A DNA stretch of 63,893 nucleotides from Chara braunii (lineage: Eukaryota; Plantae; Charophyceae): contig BFEA01000015.1 in the NCBI GenBank assembly GCA_003427395.1, positions 4,991,927-5,055,819 of the forward strand, written 5' to 3'. Both the position numbers and the translations under genes were made by a program. Of this stretch, positions 51,740 through 63,893 are shown piece after piece (positions within the stretch are counted from its first letter, which is position 1; every line of letters begins with the position of its first letter). The notes under the pieces are model-generated. The model ran no database searches, was not told where the DNA came from, and worked only from the letters and a program-made list of their open reading frames with translations.

Positions 51740-51820
51740 GTCCTTCGAGACATCCGTTGAAATTGGAATGATACAGAAAAAGTATCATGGTCCTCGCATG
51801 TTCCAAGACGCTGGCAAAAT
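51740..51820 (+). pseudogene. U6: U6 snRNA-derived segment inside the Gypsy element, antisense to the element
   Basis: gtccttcgagacatccgttgaaattggaatgatacagaaaagtatcatggtcctcgc matches the U6 5' two-thirds. Confidence 0.8.
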
Positions 51821-51844
51821 TCCTCTACTCTGTCGTCGTAGAAC

Positions 51845-52148
51845 GAGGACCCGACGGGTGTTTTGACCCACGGGGCAAGTGAAGTCTTAGTGGCGAGGAC
51901 CTTCTGCGGGGCATGCAGCGTCCACCAATTTCGATCTGCTGTGGGAGGTTTGAGTGTGAGCATGCTCGTTGGGATCGGGCAGATAGCGAACTATGCCGAG
52001 TGAGGCTCGACCAGAGGAAACACAAGTGGAGGCTCGCGACAACACTGACGCGCTACTCGTTCGTCGGACTTAGGCTTAGGGGTGAAAGACTAATCGATCC
52101 GACTAGTAGCTAGGTTCCCTCCGAAGTTTCCCCAGGGTAACCTGGAAC
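51845..52148 (+). pseudogene. Degraded ~300-bp LSU (25S/28S) rRNA fragment (conserved core around the D3 region)
   Basis: gagtgtgagcatgc, gaactatgcc, ccagaggaaac, gtggaggctcgc, ctgacg..cgttcgtc.gactt, taggggtgaaagactaatcga, tagtagct.ggttccctccgaagtttccc are all colinear with eukaryotic LSU rRNA. Confidence 0.88.
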
Positions 52149-52946
52149 GAGGAGCTCGTCCTCCACCTCGTCGACGAGCTGGTCACCCTCTTCAATCGGG
52201 CTATCGTCTCCCCGCTGGCGGTTGTCCTCCCACCTATAGCTACGGATTCCTGCTCTGCTGATAGATTCGAGTGAACATGGTCGGGGGGGCGGATACATTA
52301 GTGTGAAGACGACGATAAGGAATGAATATGGCGAAGCTCAGAACTCGTACCTCACCCATTCCACAATAGAATCAAGTGAGGTGAAACACTAAATTGGGGT
52401 TTTCGACAAGGGCGAGTGTGACGACAAGGTCAGAATGACAAGTGGAAGGGTAAAACGGGAGTTAGTAGAGAAATGGCATGGGAAAAGGTGTCGACGAAGA
52501 GGAGGAAGCGAGGGTGGAAAAGATGGACCTCGCCCGTTTCTTAATAAAAACAAGCAAGGGAAGATACGAAATAAAGGTTTTTGGTCATCGCCAATCTAAT
52601 GGTGGTGTCAGATTCTGCGTTGTAATCGTGGTTTTGGCGCTATGATGATGATGAGCTGCGCGAGGAGGAAAATTTATTGAGCGTACAAAACAACAATGTA
52701 TATTTTCGTATTCTAGTGAAAGATTTATTCTCATTTTGCAGGGCCTGCGATTCCTGACCACCCTTATTCTGATCGTCATCATCATCTGGATTATGGTCGT
52801 TTTTCCCAATCCAGCCAGACGGCCGTTGTTGGTTCATAGCCATGCTCGCCTACGCCAACGTACTCGTGCTGTTCGTCTTGGTTGTAATGATCCTCGTCGA
52901 CCTTATTGTGGTCCTTGTCCTTGGGCGCGTGCGTGTTGCAAGGCGC

Positions 52947-52948
<2 letters not shown>

Positions 52949-53007
<59 letters not shown>
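52949..53007. repeat. (GA)n microsatellite
   Basis: Directly visible. Confidence 0.95.
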
Positions 53008-53011
<4 letters not shown>

Positions 53012-54576
53012 ATCCACTGGAGACTTGAACTCTCAACTTGCTACGCTATGTGTATATATATGCTCATCACACATACATATATCGACACACATATACACAT
53101 GTACACGCTACTTACAGACATATGTAGCGGCAAATTTTGAAGCTTAATTTGTGTGAACGTTTGACCCTGAAGCTCTTGCTAGAGGTTGGGCTCGGTATCT
53201 TGAAGGTTTGGGGCACTGAGCATTGGGTTGTGCGTTGTGAGGAGTCTTACAGATAACTGGGCCAATGTGAGCGAATAAATGTTCCAAGAAACACGGGCAC
53301 GACCAGCGTTACGGCTCTCATCAAGACAATTCTTCAGATTCGTGATCGAATATTCCGTATCGGACAACAAATGGCAAGCGGATTGAATGTTGAATACTTC
53401 ATTCAGATATTACGGGACATGTTCTAAAACAATGACATTCTTATAATTAAACGGTGTCGAGACCGGTGGTTCCTGAGATAAGTCCTGACCCTTGAGAGAT
53501 GGTATATGGCAGAATTGTGCACATCAGAGAAAACCAGAAGCAAGAGAGATATAAAGGATAGAAGGGCAAAGACACAAGTGTCGGCGCCTAGGGTCCCAAA
53601 GAATGCCTTGGGCCACCAGAACCACTGAACAAAGAAGAGACTAGCAGAATAGCAAGCGGCGAAGGGTTGCTAGAAAATAGTAAAGGCGGCCCTTCTTCTC
53701 GAACGAAGGAGGACTGTCGAGAAAAATAACGCTCTGGGCTGCGTGCCGCTGGAAGAAAAAACTCGAGGAGGTCGAGAAATAATAAGTGAGGCACCGACAT
53801 GTGAGAATGTAGCTCGGGTCAAGAGGGTCAGCGGGATGGGGCATAAGAAGAGCCAAAGGGCCACGAACCAAGAAAAGGGTCGCGGTCGGAAATACCGATA
53901 TGCGCGAGACATAGAAAAGAGACTAGAAATGAGGCGGCCAGGGGGAAGAAAGTGCCAAGAGAAACCGGGACACCGCAAGGGAAAGTGTCGAGGACCATAG
54001 GGGACTAAGTAAAAATAATGGCATTTTGGGACCAAGTGCCGGCGGCACCATCGACAGGGCCGCCGGCGGGACAAGTATCGGTGGGGCCACCAACGGAATA
54101 AGTGTCGAAGACTAGCGTGAGACAAATGATGGGGCATGATAAAGTCTCAAGAAGAATTGTGGAGCGACATGAGGGAAAATAATTAAAGCAAGATGCACCT
54201 TGATCTTGACGACCAAAAATATTAGCACCGCTAGTTTAAGCACTAGTGGGAGCAAATGAGAGGGCCAAAAGGGGAAAAAAAAAGTAAGGAAACAAGAAGG
54301 GAGAGGCATGGGAGTAATCCGAAAAATCTCGAATTAGCCTCCCTCAAGAAAATTAAGTCAAAAGAGACTCCATATGAAAAATAGGCCTCCATAAGAAAAT
54401 CGGAGTAGAAGGGGCCATAGTTTGAGAGGAATAGAGGCAAAATGAGGCTCCCATGAGCTTGAGGGAGCCACAATTGCCGTCCAAGAAATAACGGGCTACA
54501 CCTTGAATATAGGAAGGGCCAAAACTAAGAGGTAGAGCCTAGAAAAGGCCTTAACGGTTAGTTGACACTTGACATG

Positions 54577-54612
<36 letters not shown>

Positions 54613-54889
54613 NNNNNNNNNNNNNNNNNNNNNNNNNNNNNNNNNNNNNNNNNNNNNNNNNNNNNNNNNNNNNNNNNNNNNNNNNNNNNNNNNNNNNNNN
54701 NNNNNNNNNNNNNNNNNNNNNNNNNNNNCTGACAGGTCCCTACTGTTCAGAAATGGAGGAAAAAAAAAAGCGAAAAAAATAAAAGAAAAGAAAAGGAAAG
54801 TGAAAAAAAAAAAAACAGAAAGGGCACTAACGACAAAACCGTCATTTAGGGTGATACATCCGTGACCAGATTCATTCTGACATATGTCG

Positions 54890-55345
54890 TGTTACAAAGT
54901 ATATTGATTTTTTAAATTTTTATAGAGCAAATCTAGAAAAATCAGGGTCTCATGCAACCGAGATACAACAGATTGCATGAGGGAAGAAAAACACATGTTT
55001 TTTGTGCATCCGAAGTTAACGTTGAGTCCGGATGCACTTGAAAATTAGTGGCTTCATTTTGGTTTAGTTTTAAGCAAGCTGCGGTGCAATGAGACTAGGG
55101 AATTGACCCCTACTACAGTCCGAATTACAACGGACTGCATGGGGACGAGAAAACACAGTTGTGGTGCAATGAGACTAGGGAATTGACCCCTACTACAGTC
55201 TTTGGTGCATCCGTAACCAATATTGAGTCAGAATGCACTTAAAAATTGAGTGTTTCATTTCTTTCAGTTTGGGGCAAGTTGTGGGGCTGTGGAACTACGA
55301 AAACGGCCACAGTTACAGCCCGAGAAATACCGGATTGCATAAGGA
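54890..55345. repeat. Short tandem-like repeat block, possibly a DNA-transposon subterminal region
   Basis: gtgcaatgagactagggaattgacccctactacagtc twice; gcatccg..gatgcact and gattgcat recur. Confidence 0.5.
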
Positions 55346-55779
55346 TGCCTAGGCCAAAAGAAAAAGGGCCTTGACTCATCCAAGACACTAGGAAAGAGTG
55401 TCTTTAGCTCAGGCAAATAAAAATGGTAAGTGAGAGTCGCGAGATGGTGGGTCTCGTGGCCTAGAATATTCACGGCACTTGAGGCTCATGAGAAGAAGGG
55501 ATTGGAGCTGTCGGGGACAATGAAGTCTCGAATAAAAATGAAACGTTACTGGGAATGATACCGATAACTAAATGAGTCCAAATAAAAATAGTTGAAATTT
55601 GAAATATGCGCCGGCGGAACCACCACCGAGAACAGAAAATAGAATCAGCATGAGAGGATGGCGGGAACTTGAGTAGTCCCAAGAGAACCATGAGCTAGCA
55701 AAAAAAGAGAAGTGCGCAAGCAAGTAGCGCTCCCAAGAATCAAAAATCTTAACGGTGGAAAATATTAGCCACTGTGAGT

Positions 55780-56159
55780 GCAAAATTGAAAGAGCGTAAG
55801 GAGAGGGTGCTAGGAGGCAAGACTCGTCGTTGGTCGACTAGGATGCATCCCACTCACCACGGGTTACACCACAACAGTCAAACTTACAGAACGACACAGA
55901 ACAAACAACACGACAACACTCCTAGTCTCTTTTGTAGTCCTCCCATAACCTTCCGACGTGAAAATCGGACAGGCGACGCGCACGAGACTAAGTATAAAAT
56001 CGAGCGGACGCAGAGCCGTCCCATATCGACTAGCGATGCACGAATACGCAAGCAGTCACAATAGTGGAGTGCTATGTAGTCCCCAAATTAAAACGGTCCC
56101 TCGTGGATCCGAATACCGCTTATTACACACACTCACATGTGCATGAGGAGTGTCAATGT
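55780..56159 (-). mobile_element. LTR fragment of the same family as 45112-46474, truncated by a gap
   Basis: gaatacgcaagcagtcacaat, cggtccct and taccgcttat are reverse complements of motifs at 45675-45770. Confidence 0.7.
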
Positions 56160-56849
56160 NNNNNNNNNNNNNNNNNNNNNNNNNNNNNNNNNNNNNNNNN
56201 NNNNNNNNNNNNNNNNNNNNNNNNNNNNNNNNNNNNNNNNNNNNNNNNNNNNNNNNNNNNNNNNNNNNNNNNNNNNNNNNNNNNNNNNNNNNNNNNNNNN
56301 NNNNNNNNNNNNNNNNNNNNNNNNNNNNNNNNNNNNNNNNNNNNNNNNNNNNNNNNNNNNNNNNNNNNNNNNNNNNNNNNNNNNNNNNNNNNNNNNNNNN
56401 NNNNNNNNNNNNNNNNNNNNNNNNNNNNNNNNNNNNNNNNNNNNNNNNNNNNNNNNNNNNNNNNNNNNNNNNNNNNNNNNNNNNNNNNNNNNNNNNNNNN
56501 NNNNNNNNNNNNNNNNNNNNNNNNNNNNNNNNNNNNNNNNNNNNNNNNNNNNNNNNNNNNNNNNNNNNNNNNNNNNNNNNNNNNNNNNNNNNNNNNNNNN
56601 NNNNNNNNNNNNNNNNNNNNNNNNNNNNNNNNNNNNNNNNNNNNNNNNNNNNNNNNNNNNNNNNNNNNNNNNNNNNNNNNNNNNNNNNNNNNNNNNNNNN
56701 NNNNNNNNNNNNNNNNNNNNNNNNNNNNNNNNNNNNNNNNNNNNNNNNNNNNNNNNNNNNNNNNNNNNNNNNNNNNNNNNNNNNNNNNNNNNNNNNNNNN
56801 NNNNNNNNNNNNNNNNNNNNNNNNNNNNNNNNNNNNNNNNNNNNNNNNN

Positions 56850-59800
56850 AATTGTTACTTCCCACTTTGTGTGCGCATGCTTGAGATTGAGTTACACGCA
56901 CTCTTCCTTCTTATTTTGTCCAATTCTTCACTTGGGTGTAAATCACAACGTATGTTCGAGTGGTCATCTTGATTGTCCATTTCTTCACTCCATAATAAAT
57001 CGCCACTTCCCACTTTGTGTGTGTATGCTTCAGAGTGGGTTACACTCACTCTTTCTTCTAATTTTGTCAAATTCTTCACTTGGGTGTAAATCACAACTTG
57101 TATTCTAGCTCATTTTAGTGTTCGCGTAATCTTGAGCTCATGCACTGGCCACTTCTTCACTGCATAGTAAATCGTCACTTCCCACTTTGTGTGTGTATGC
57201 TTGAGACTGAGTTACAATTACTCTTTCTTCTTCTTTTGTCCAATTCTTCACTTTTGTGTAAATCGCAACTTGTATTCTAGCTCATTCTAGTGTTTTCGTC
57301 ATCTTCAACTCACGCATTATTCATTTCTTCACTCCATAGTAAATCGCCACTTCTTACTTTGTGTATACATGCCTGAGAGTGAGTTACACTCACTCTTTCT
57401 TCTTGTTTTGTTAAATTCTTCACTTGGGTGTACATCACAACTTTTATTCTTGCTCATTCTAGTGTTATAGTCATCTTGAGCTCATGCATTGCCCATTTAT
57501 TCACTCGATAGTAAATCGTCACTTTCCATTTTGTGTGTGCATGCCTGAGAGTGAGTTACCCTAACTCTTTCTCCTTATTTTGTCAAATTCTCCACTTAGG
57601 TGTACATCGCAACTTGCATTCTTGCTCATTGTAGTGTTCTAGTGATCTTGAGCTAATGCATTGCCAATTTCTTCACTCCACTGTAAATCGCTACTTTCCA
57701 CTCCGTGTGTGCATGCTTGAGAGTGAGGTACAACCACTCTAGCTTCTTATTTTGCCAAATTCTTCACTTTGGTGTAAATCGTAACTTATATCTTAGCTCA
57801 TTCTAGTGTTCTAGTAATCTTGAGTTCATGCATTGTTCATTCCTTCACTCAATAGGAAATCGTTACTTACCACTAATTCGTGGTTAATTGGTGGCGTTAT
57901 TTTCGGCGAATTTTTCACCGAAACTGACATATTTCCTTGAATTTTTATTTTTTTTGTTTAATTTTTTCGTCTGATATGTATAAGCTTTAGGGTATGTATG
58001 TATTTTGTTTTGGCGTATTTGGACATGTAACGAAAAAGTTGGCAAAAACACCGAATTCGAGAAACGTTTTGGTGAACTTTGAAAGCTTCTTCAAATAAAG
58101 TTTTATAGTGCTGTTTATTTTTTTATTTTCGTATTTTTTTTGTCTGTTTTGTATTTTGATGTTCGTATTATGAGCCTGCATCGTTTGTTTGCAAAATTTT
58201 CGATAAGATTGCTTGTAGTGATGCAGCGAAAAACCCTGAATTTTTAGTCTTTCATTAACCGCGTGTCTTTCCACTTTGTGTGCGCATGCTTTGGAGTGAG
58301 TTACACTCACTTAATTCTTCGTGTTTTGACCAATTCTTCACTTGGGTGTAAAGCGCAACTTGAATCCTAGGTCATTCTCGTGTTCTAGTCATCTTGAGTT
58401 CATACATTCTCTATTTTTTTACTCCATAGCAAATCATCACTTCCCACTTTCTGTGTGCATTCTTGAGAATGAGTTACACTCATTTTTTCTTCTTGTTTTG
58501 TTCAATTTTTTACTTGGGTGTAAGCCGTGATTTGAATTCTTGCTCATTCTAACGTTATAATCATTTTGAGCTCATGCACTGTCCATTTCTTCACTCCACA
58601 GTAAATCGTCACTTCCCACTTTGTGTATGCATGCTTGGAAGTGAGTTACACTCACGCTTTNNNNNNNNNNNNNNNNNNNNNNNNNNNNNNNNNNNNNNNN
58701 NNNNNNNNNNNNNNNNNNNNNNNNNNNNNNNNNNNNNNNNNNNNNNNNNNNNNNNNNNNNNNNNNNNNNNNNNNNNNNNNNNNNNNNNNNNNNNNNNNNN
58801 NNNNNNNNNNNNNNNNNNNNNNNNNNNNNNNNNNNNNNNNNNNNNNNNNNNNNNNNNNNNNNNNNNNNNNNNNNNNNNNNNNNNNNNNNNNNNNNNNNNN
58901 NNNNNNNNNNNNNNNNNNNNNNNNNNNNNNNNNNNNNNNNNNNNNNNNNNNNNNNNNNNNNNNNNNNNNNNNNNNNNNNNNNNNNNNNNNNNNNNNNNNN
59001 NNNNNNNNNNNNNNNNNNNNNNNNNNNNNNNNNNNNNNNNNNNNNNNNNNNNNNNNNNNNNNNNNNNNNNNNNNNNNNNNNNNNNNNNNNATGCTTGAGA
59101 GTGGGTTACACTCACTCTTTGTTCTTGTTTTGTCAAATTTTTCACTTAGGTATAAATCACAACTTGTATTCTTGCTCATTCTAGTGTTCTACTAGTTTCT
59201 TGAGCTCATGGATTGCCCATTTATTCACTCGATAGTAAATCGTCACTTCCCATTTTGTGTGTGCATGCCTGAGAGTGAGTTACCTTTACTCTTTCTTCCT
59301 ATTTTATCAAATTCTCCACTTGGGTGTAAATCGCAACTTGTATTATTGCTCATTCTAGTGTTCTAGTTATCTTGAGCTAATGCATTGCCCATTTCTTGAC
59401 TCTATTTAAAATCGTTACTTTCCCCTTTGTGTGTGCATGCCTGAGAGTGAGTTACAACCACTCTTGCTTCTTATTTTGCCAAATTTTTCACTTTGGTGTA
59501 AATCGTAACTTATATCCTAGCTCATTCTAGTGTTTTAGTGATTTTGAGCTCATGCATTGTCCATTCCTTCACTCCATAAGAAATCGTTACTTACCATTCA
59601 TTCGTGATTAATTAGTGGTGTTATTTTTGGCGAAGTTTTCACCGAAACTGTCACATTTCCTTGAATTTTTATTTTTTTTGCTTTGTTTTTTTGTGTGATA
59701 TGTATAAGCTTTAGGATATGTATGTATTCAGTTTCGGCGTATTTAGACGAGTAACGAAAAAGTTGGCAAAAACACTGAGTTCGAAAAACGTTTTGGTGAA

Positions 59801-62800
59801 CTTCGAAAGCTGCTTCAAATAAAGTTTGATAGTGATGTTTATTTTTTTCTTTTCGTATTTTTTTTGTCTGTTTTGTATTTTGATGTTCGTATTGTGAGCC
59901 TGCATCGTTTGTTTGCAAAATTTTCGATGACATTGCTTGTAGTGATGCAGCGAAAAACCCTGAATTTTTTTTCTTCCATTAACTGCGCGTCTTTCCACTT
60001 AGTGTGCGCATGCTTTGGAGTGAGTTACACTCACTTAATTCTTCGTGTTTTGACCAATTCTTCACTTGGGTGTAAATCGCAACTTGTATCCTAGCTCATT
60101 CTAGTGTTCCAGTCATCTTGAGTTCATACATTCTCTATTTTTTTACTCCATAGCAAATCGTCACTTTCCACTTTCTGTGTGCATTCTTGAGAATGAGTTA
60201 CACTCATTTTTTCTTCTTGTTTTGTTCAATTTTCACTTGGGTGTAAATCGTGATTTGTATTCTTGCTCATTCTAACGTTATAATCATCTTGAGCTCATGC
60301 ACTGTCCATTTCTTCACTCCACAGTAAATCGTCACTTCCCACTTTGTGTNNNNNNNNNNNNNNNNNNNNNNNNNNNNNNNNNNNNNNNNNNNNNNNNNNN
60401 NNNNNNNNNNNNNNNNNNNNNNNNNNNNNNNNNNNNNNNNNNNNNNNNNNNNNNNNNNNNNNNNNNNNNNNNNNNNNNNNNNNNNNNNNNNNNNNNNNNN
60501 NNNNNNNNNNNNNNNNNNNNNNNNNNNNNNNNNNNNNNNNNNNNNNNNNNNNNNNNNNNNNNNNNNNNNNNNNNNNNNNNNNNNNNNNNNNNNNNNNNNN
60601 NNNNNNNNNNNNNNNNNNNNNNNNNNNNNNNNNNNNNNNNNNNNNNNNNNNNNNNNNNNNNNNNNNNNNNNNNNNNNNNNNNNNNNNNNNNNNNNNNNNN
60701 NNNNNNNNNNNNNNNNNNNNNNNNNNNNNNNNNNNNNNNNNNNNNNNNNNNNNNNNNNNNNNNNNNNNNNNNNNNNNNNNNNNNNNNNNNNNNNNNNNNN
60801 NNNNNNNNNNNNNNNNNNNNNNNNNNNNNNNNNNNNNNNNNNNNNNNNNNNNNNNNNNNNNNNNNNNNNNNNNNNNNNNNNNNNNNNNNNNNNNNNNNNN
60901 NNNNNNNNNNNNNNNNNNNNNNNNNNNNNNNNNNNNNNNNNNNNNNNNNNNNNNNNNNNNNNNNNNNNNNNNNNNNNNNNNNNNNNNNNNNNNNNNNNNN
61001 NNNNNNNNNNNNNNNNNNNNNNNNNNNNNNNNNNNNNNNNNNNNNNNNNNNNNNNNNNNNNNNNNNNNNNNNNNNNNNNNNNNNNNNNNNNNNNNNNNNN
61101 NNNNNNNNNNNNNNNNNNNNNNNNNNNNNNNNNNNNNNNNNNNNNNNNNNNNNNTTCTAATGATCTTGAGCTAATGCATTGCCCATTTCTTCACTCTATT
61201 GTAAATCGCTGCTTCCCACTTTGTGTGTGCATGCCTGAGAGTGAGTTACAACCACTCTTGCTTCTTATTTTGCCAAATTTTTCACTTCGGTGTAAATCGT
61301 AACTTATATCCTAGCTCATTCGAGTGTTTTGGTGATTTTGAGCTCATGCATTGTCCATTCCTTTACTCCATAAGAAATCGTTACTTACCACTCATTCGTG
61401 ATTAATTGGTGGTGTTATTTTTGGCGAAGTTTTCACCGAAACTGTCACATTTCCTTAAATTTTTGTTTTTTTTGCTTTGTTTTTGTGTCTGATATGTATA
61501 AGCTTTAGGATATATATGTATTTAGTTTCGGCGTATTTAGACGAGTAACGAAAAAGTTGGCAAAAACACTGAGTTCGAAAAACGTTTTTGTGAACTTTGA
61601 AAGCTTCTTCAAATAAAGTTTTATAGTGCTGTTTATTTTTTTCTTTTCGTATTTCTTTTGTCTGTTTTGTATTTTGATGTTCGTATTATGAGCCTGCATC
61701 GTTTGTTTGCAAAATTTTCGATGACATTGCATGTAGTGATGCAGCGAAAAACCTTGCATTTTTTGTCTTCCATTAACCGCGTGTCTTTCCACTTTGTGTG
61801 CGCATGCTTTGGAGTGAGTTACACTCACTTAATTCTTCGTGTTTTGTCCAATTCTTCACTTGGGTGTATCCTAGCTCATTCTAGTATTCTAGTCATCTTG
61901 AGTTCGTACATTCTCTATTTTTTACTCCATACCAAATCGCCTCTTTCCACTTTCTGTGTGCGTTCTAGAGAATGAGTTACACTCATTTTTTCTTCTTGTT
62001 TTGTTCAATTTTTCACTTGGGTGTAAATGGTGATTTGTATTCTTGCTCATTCTAACGTTATAATCATCTTGAGCTCATGCACTGTCCATTTCTTTACTCC
62101 ACAGTAAATCGTCACTTCCCACTTTGTGTATGCATGCTTGGAAGTGAGCTACACTCATGCTTTCTTCTTGTTTTGTCCAATTCTTCACTTGGGTGTAAAT
62201 CGCAACTTGTGTTTTTGGTCATTCTAGTGTTATAGTAATCTTGACTCACACATTGCCCATTTTTTCACTCCATAGTGAATCACCACTTCCTAGTTTGTGT
62301 GTGCATGCTTAGGAGTTAGTTACACTTACTCTTTCTTCTTGTTTTGTCCAGTTCTTCACTTGGTGTAAATCGCAACTTGTATTCTAGCTCATTTTAGTGT
62401 TCGAGTCATCTTGAGTTCATGCATTGTCCGCTTCTTCACTCCATAGTAAATCGCCACTTCCCACTTTGTGTGTGTATGCTTGAGACTGAGTTACACTTAT
62501 TTTTTCTTCTTCCTTTGTCCAATTCTTCACTTGGGTGTAAATTGCAACTTGTATTCTAGCTCATTTTAGTGTTCTCGTTTTCATGAACTCACGCATTATC
62601 CGTTTCTTCACTCCATAGTGAATGGCCACTTTTTACTTTGTGTGTGCATGCTTGAGAGTGGGTTACACTCACTCTTTGTTCTTGTTTTGTCAAATTTTTC
62701 ACTTGGGTATAAATCACAACTTGTTTTTTTGCTCATTCTAGTGTTCTACTAGTTTCTTGAGCTCATGCATTGCCCATTTATTCACTCGATAGTAAATCGT

Positions 62801-63893
62801 CACTTCCGATTTTGTGTGTGCATGCCTTAGAGTGAGTTACCTTTACTATTTCTCCTTGTTTTGTCAAATTCTCCACTTGGGTGTAAATTGCAACGTGTAT
62901 TATTGCTCATTCTAGTGTTCTAGTGATCTTGAGCTAATGCATTACCAATTTCTTCACTCTATTGTAAATCGCTACGTTCCACTTTGTGTGTGCATGTCTG
63001 AGAGTAAGTTACAAGCACTCTTGCTTCTTATTTTGCCAAATTTTTTACTTTGGTGTAAATCGTAATTTATATCCTAGCTCATTCTAGTGTTTTAGTGATT
63101 TTAAGCTCATGCATTGTCCATTCCTTCACTCCACAAGAAATCGCTACTTACCACTCATTCGTGATTAATTGGTGGTGTTATTTTCGGTGAAGTTTTCATC
63201 GAATTTATCACATTTCCTTGAATTTTTGTTTTTTTTGCTTTGTTTTTTTGTGTGATATATATAAGCTTTAGGATATATATGTATTCAGTTCGGCGTATTT
63301 AGACGAGTAACGAAAAAGTTGGCAAAAACACTAAGTTCGAAAAACGTTTTGGTGAACTTCGAAGGCTTCTTCAAATAAAGTTTTACAGTGCTGTTTATTT
63401 TTTTCTTTTCGTATTTTTTTTGTATGTTTTGTATTTTGATGTGTGTATTATGAGCTTGCATCGTTTGTTTGCAAACGTTTCGATGACATTGCTTGTAGTG
63501 ATGCAGCGAAAAACCCCGAATTTTTGGTCTTCCATTAACCGCGTGTCTTTCCACTTTGTGTGCGCATGCTTGAGAGTGAGTTACACTCACTCTTTCTTCG
63601 TGTTTGGACCAATTCCTCGCTTGGGTGTAAATTGCAACTTGTATCCTAGCTCATTCTAGTGTTCTACTCATCTTGAATTCATACATTCTCTATTTTTTTA
63701 CTCCATAGTAAATCGTCACTTTCCACTTTGTGTGTGCATTTTTGACTTTCTTCTTGTTTTGTTCAATTCTTCACTTGGGTGTAAATCGTAACTTGTATTT
63801 GCTCATTCTAATGTTCTAATCATCTAGAGCTCATGTACTGTCCATTTCTTCACTCCATAGTATATCGTCACTTCCCACTTTGTGTATGCATGC
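56850..63893. repeat. 172-bp satellite array with a ~1.76-kb higher-order repeat (about 8 monomers plus a ~390-bp non-satellite segment)
   Basis: cacttgggtgtaaatc-type motif recurs every 171-173 bp; the unique segment starts at ~57873, ~59598, ~61392 and ~63155 (last period 1763 bp). Confidence 0.92.

Larger units (their letters stand above)
47480..52560 (-). mobile_element. Decayed Gypsy gag-pol (copy 2 of the U6/LSU-carrying family): protease, RT, RNase H and integrase-like remnants
   Basis: Minus-strand RT: QDL.KLNVVTIRDVG..IDLYSGYD..MNVAPQGWTN..EPYIDDFAVKG; RNase H VETNAISTTLGGVLIQ..LESRTLNSIEKYYS; many stops and frameshifts. Confidence 0.85.

Noticed and set aside
51845-52148. Functional rDNA unit
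   Set aside because: Isolated ~300-bp diverged fragment with no flanking rDNA.
56056-61302. Long ORFs in the ORF track
   Set aside because: Artefacts of N gaps and satellite sequence.

Overview
Eukaryotic, repeat-dominated genomic window with several N gaps. A plant-type RPS11, plant-type U6 remnants, long introns and heavy Gypsy/LINE/MITE content suggest a streptophyte, possibly a charophyte alga such as Chara (inference). The only intact host gene I can support is a 5-exon cytosolic 40S ribosomal protein S11/uS17 gene on the minus strand (CDS 14473-9010, 158 aa). The rest is nested, decayed transposable elements: a 5'-truncated L1/Tx1-like LINE, at least three Gypsy remnants, hAT-type MITEs with 8-bp TSDs, a TTAA/TA-flanked TIR element, hammerhead-core Penelope-like remnants, and a 172-bp satellite with a ~1.76-kb higher-order repeat. 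The most unusual signal is structural-RNA sequence carried inside transposons. Two diverged copies of one Gypsy family both carry a U6 snRNA-derived segment plus LSU (25S/28S) rRNA-derived sequence, antisense to the element and upstream of the protease region. An unrelated TIR DNA transposon carries tandem U6-derived units. All alignments were made by eye against recalled consensus sequences and need computational confirmation; TE boundaries are approximate unless TSDs are given.
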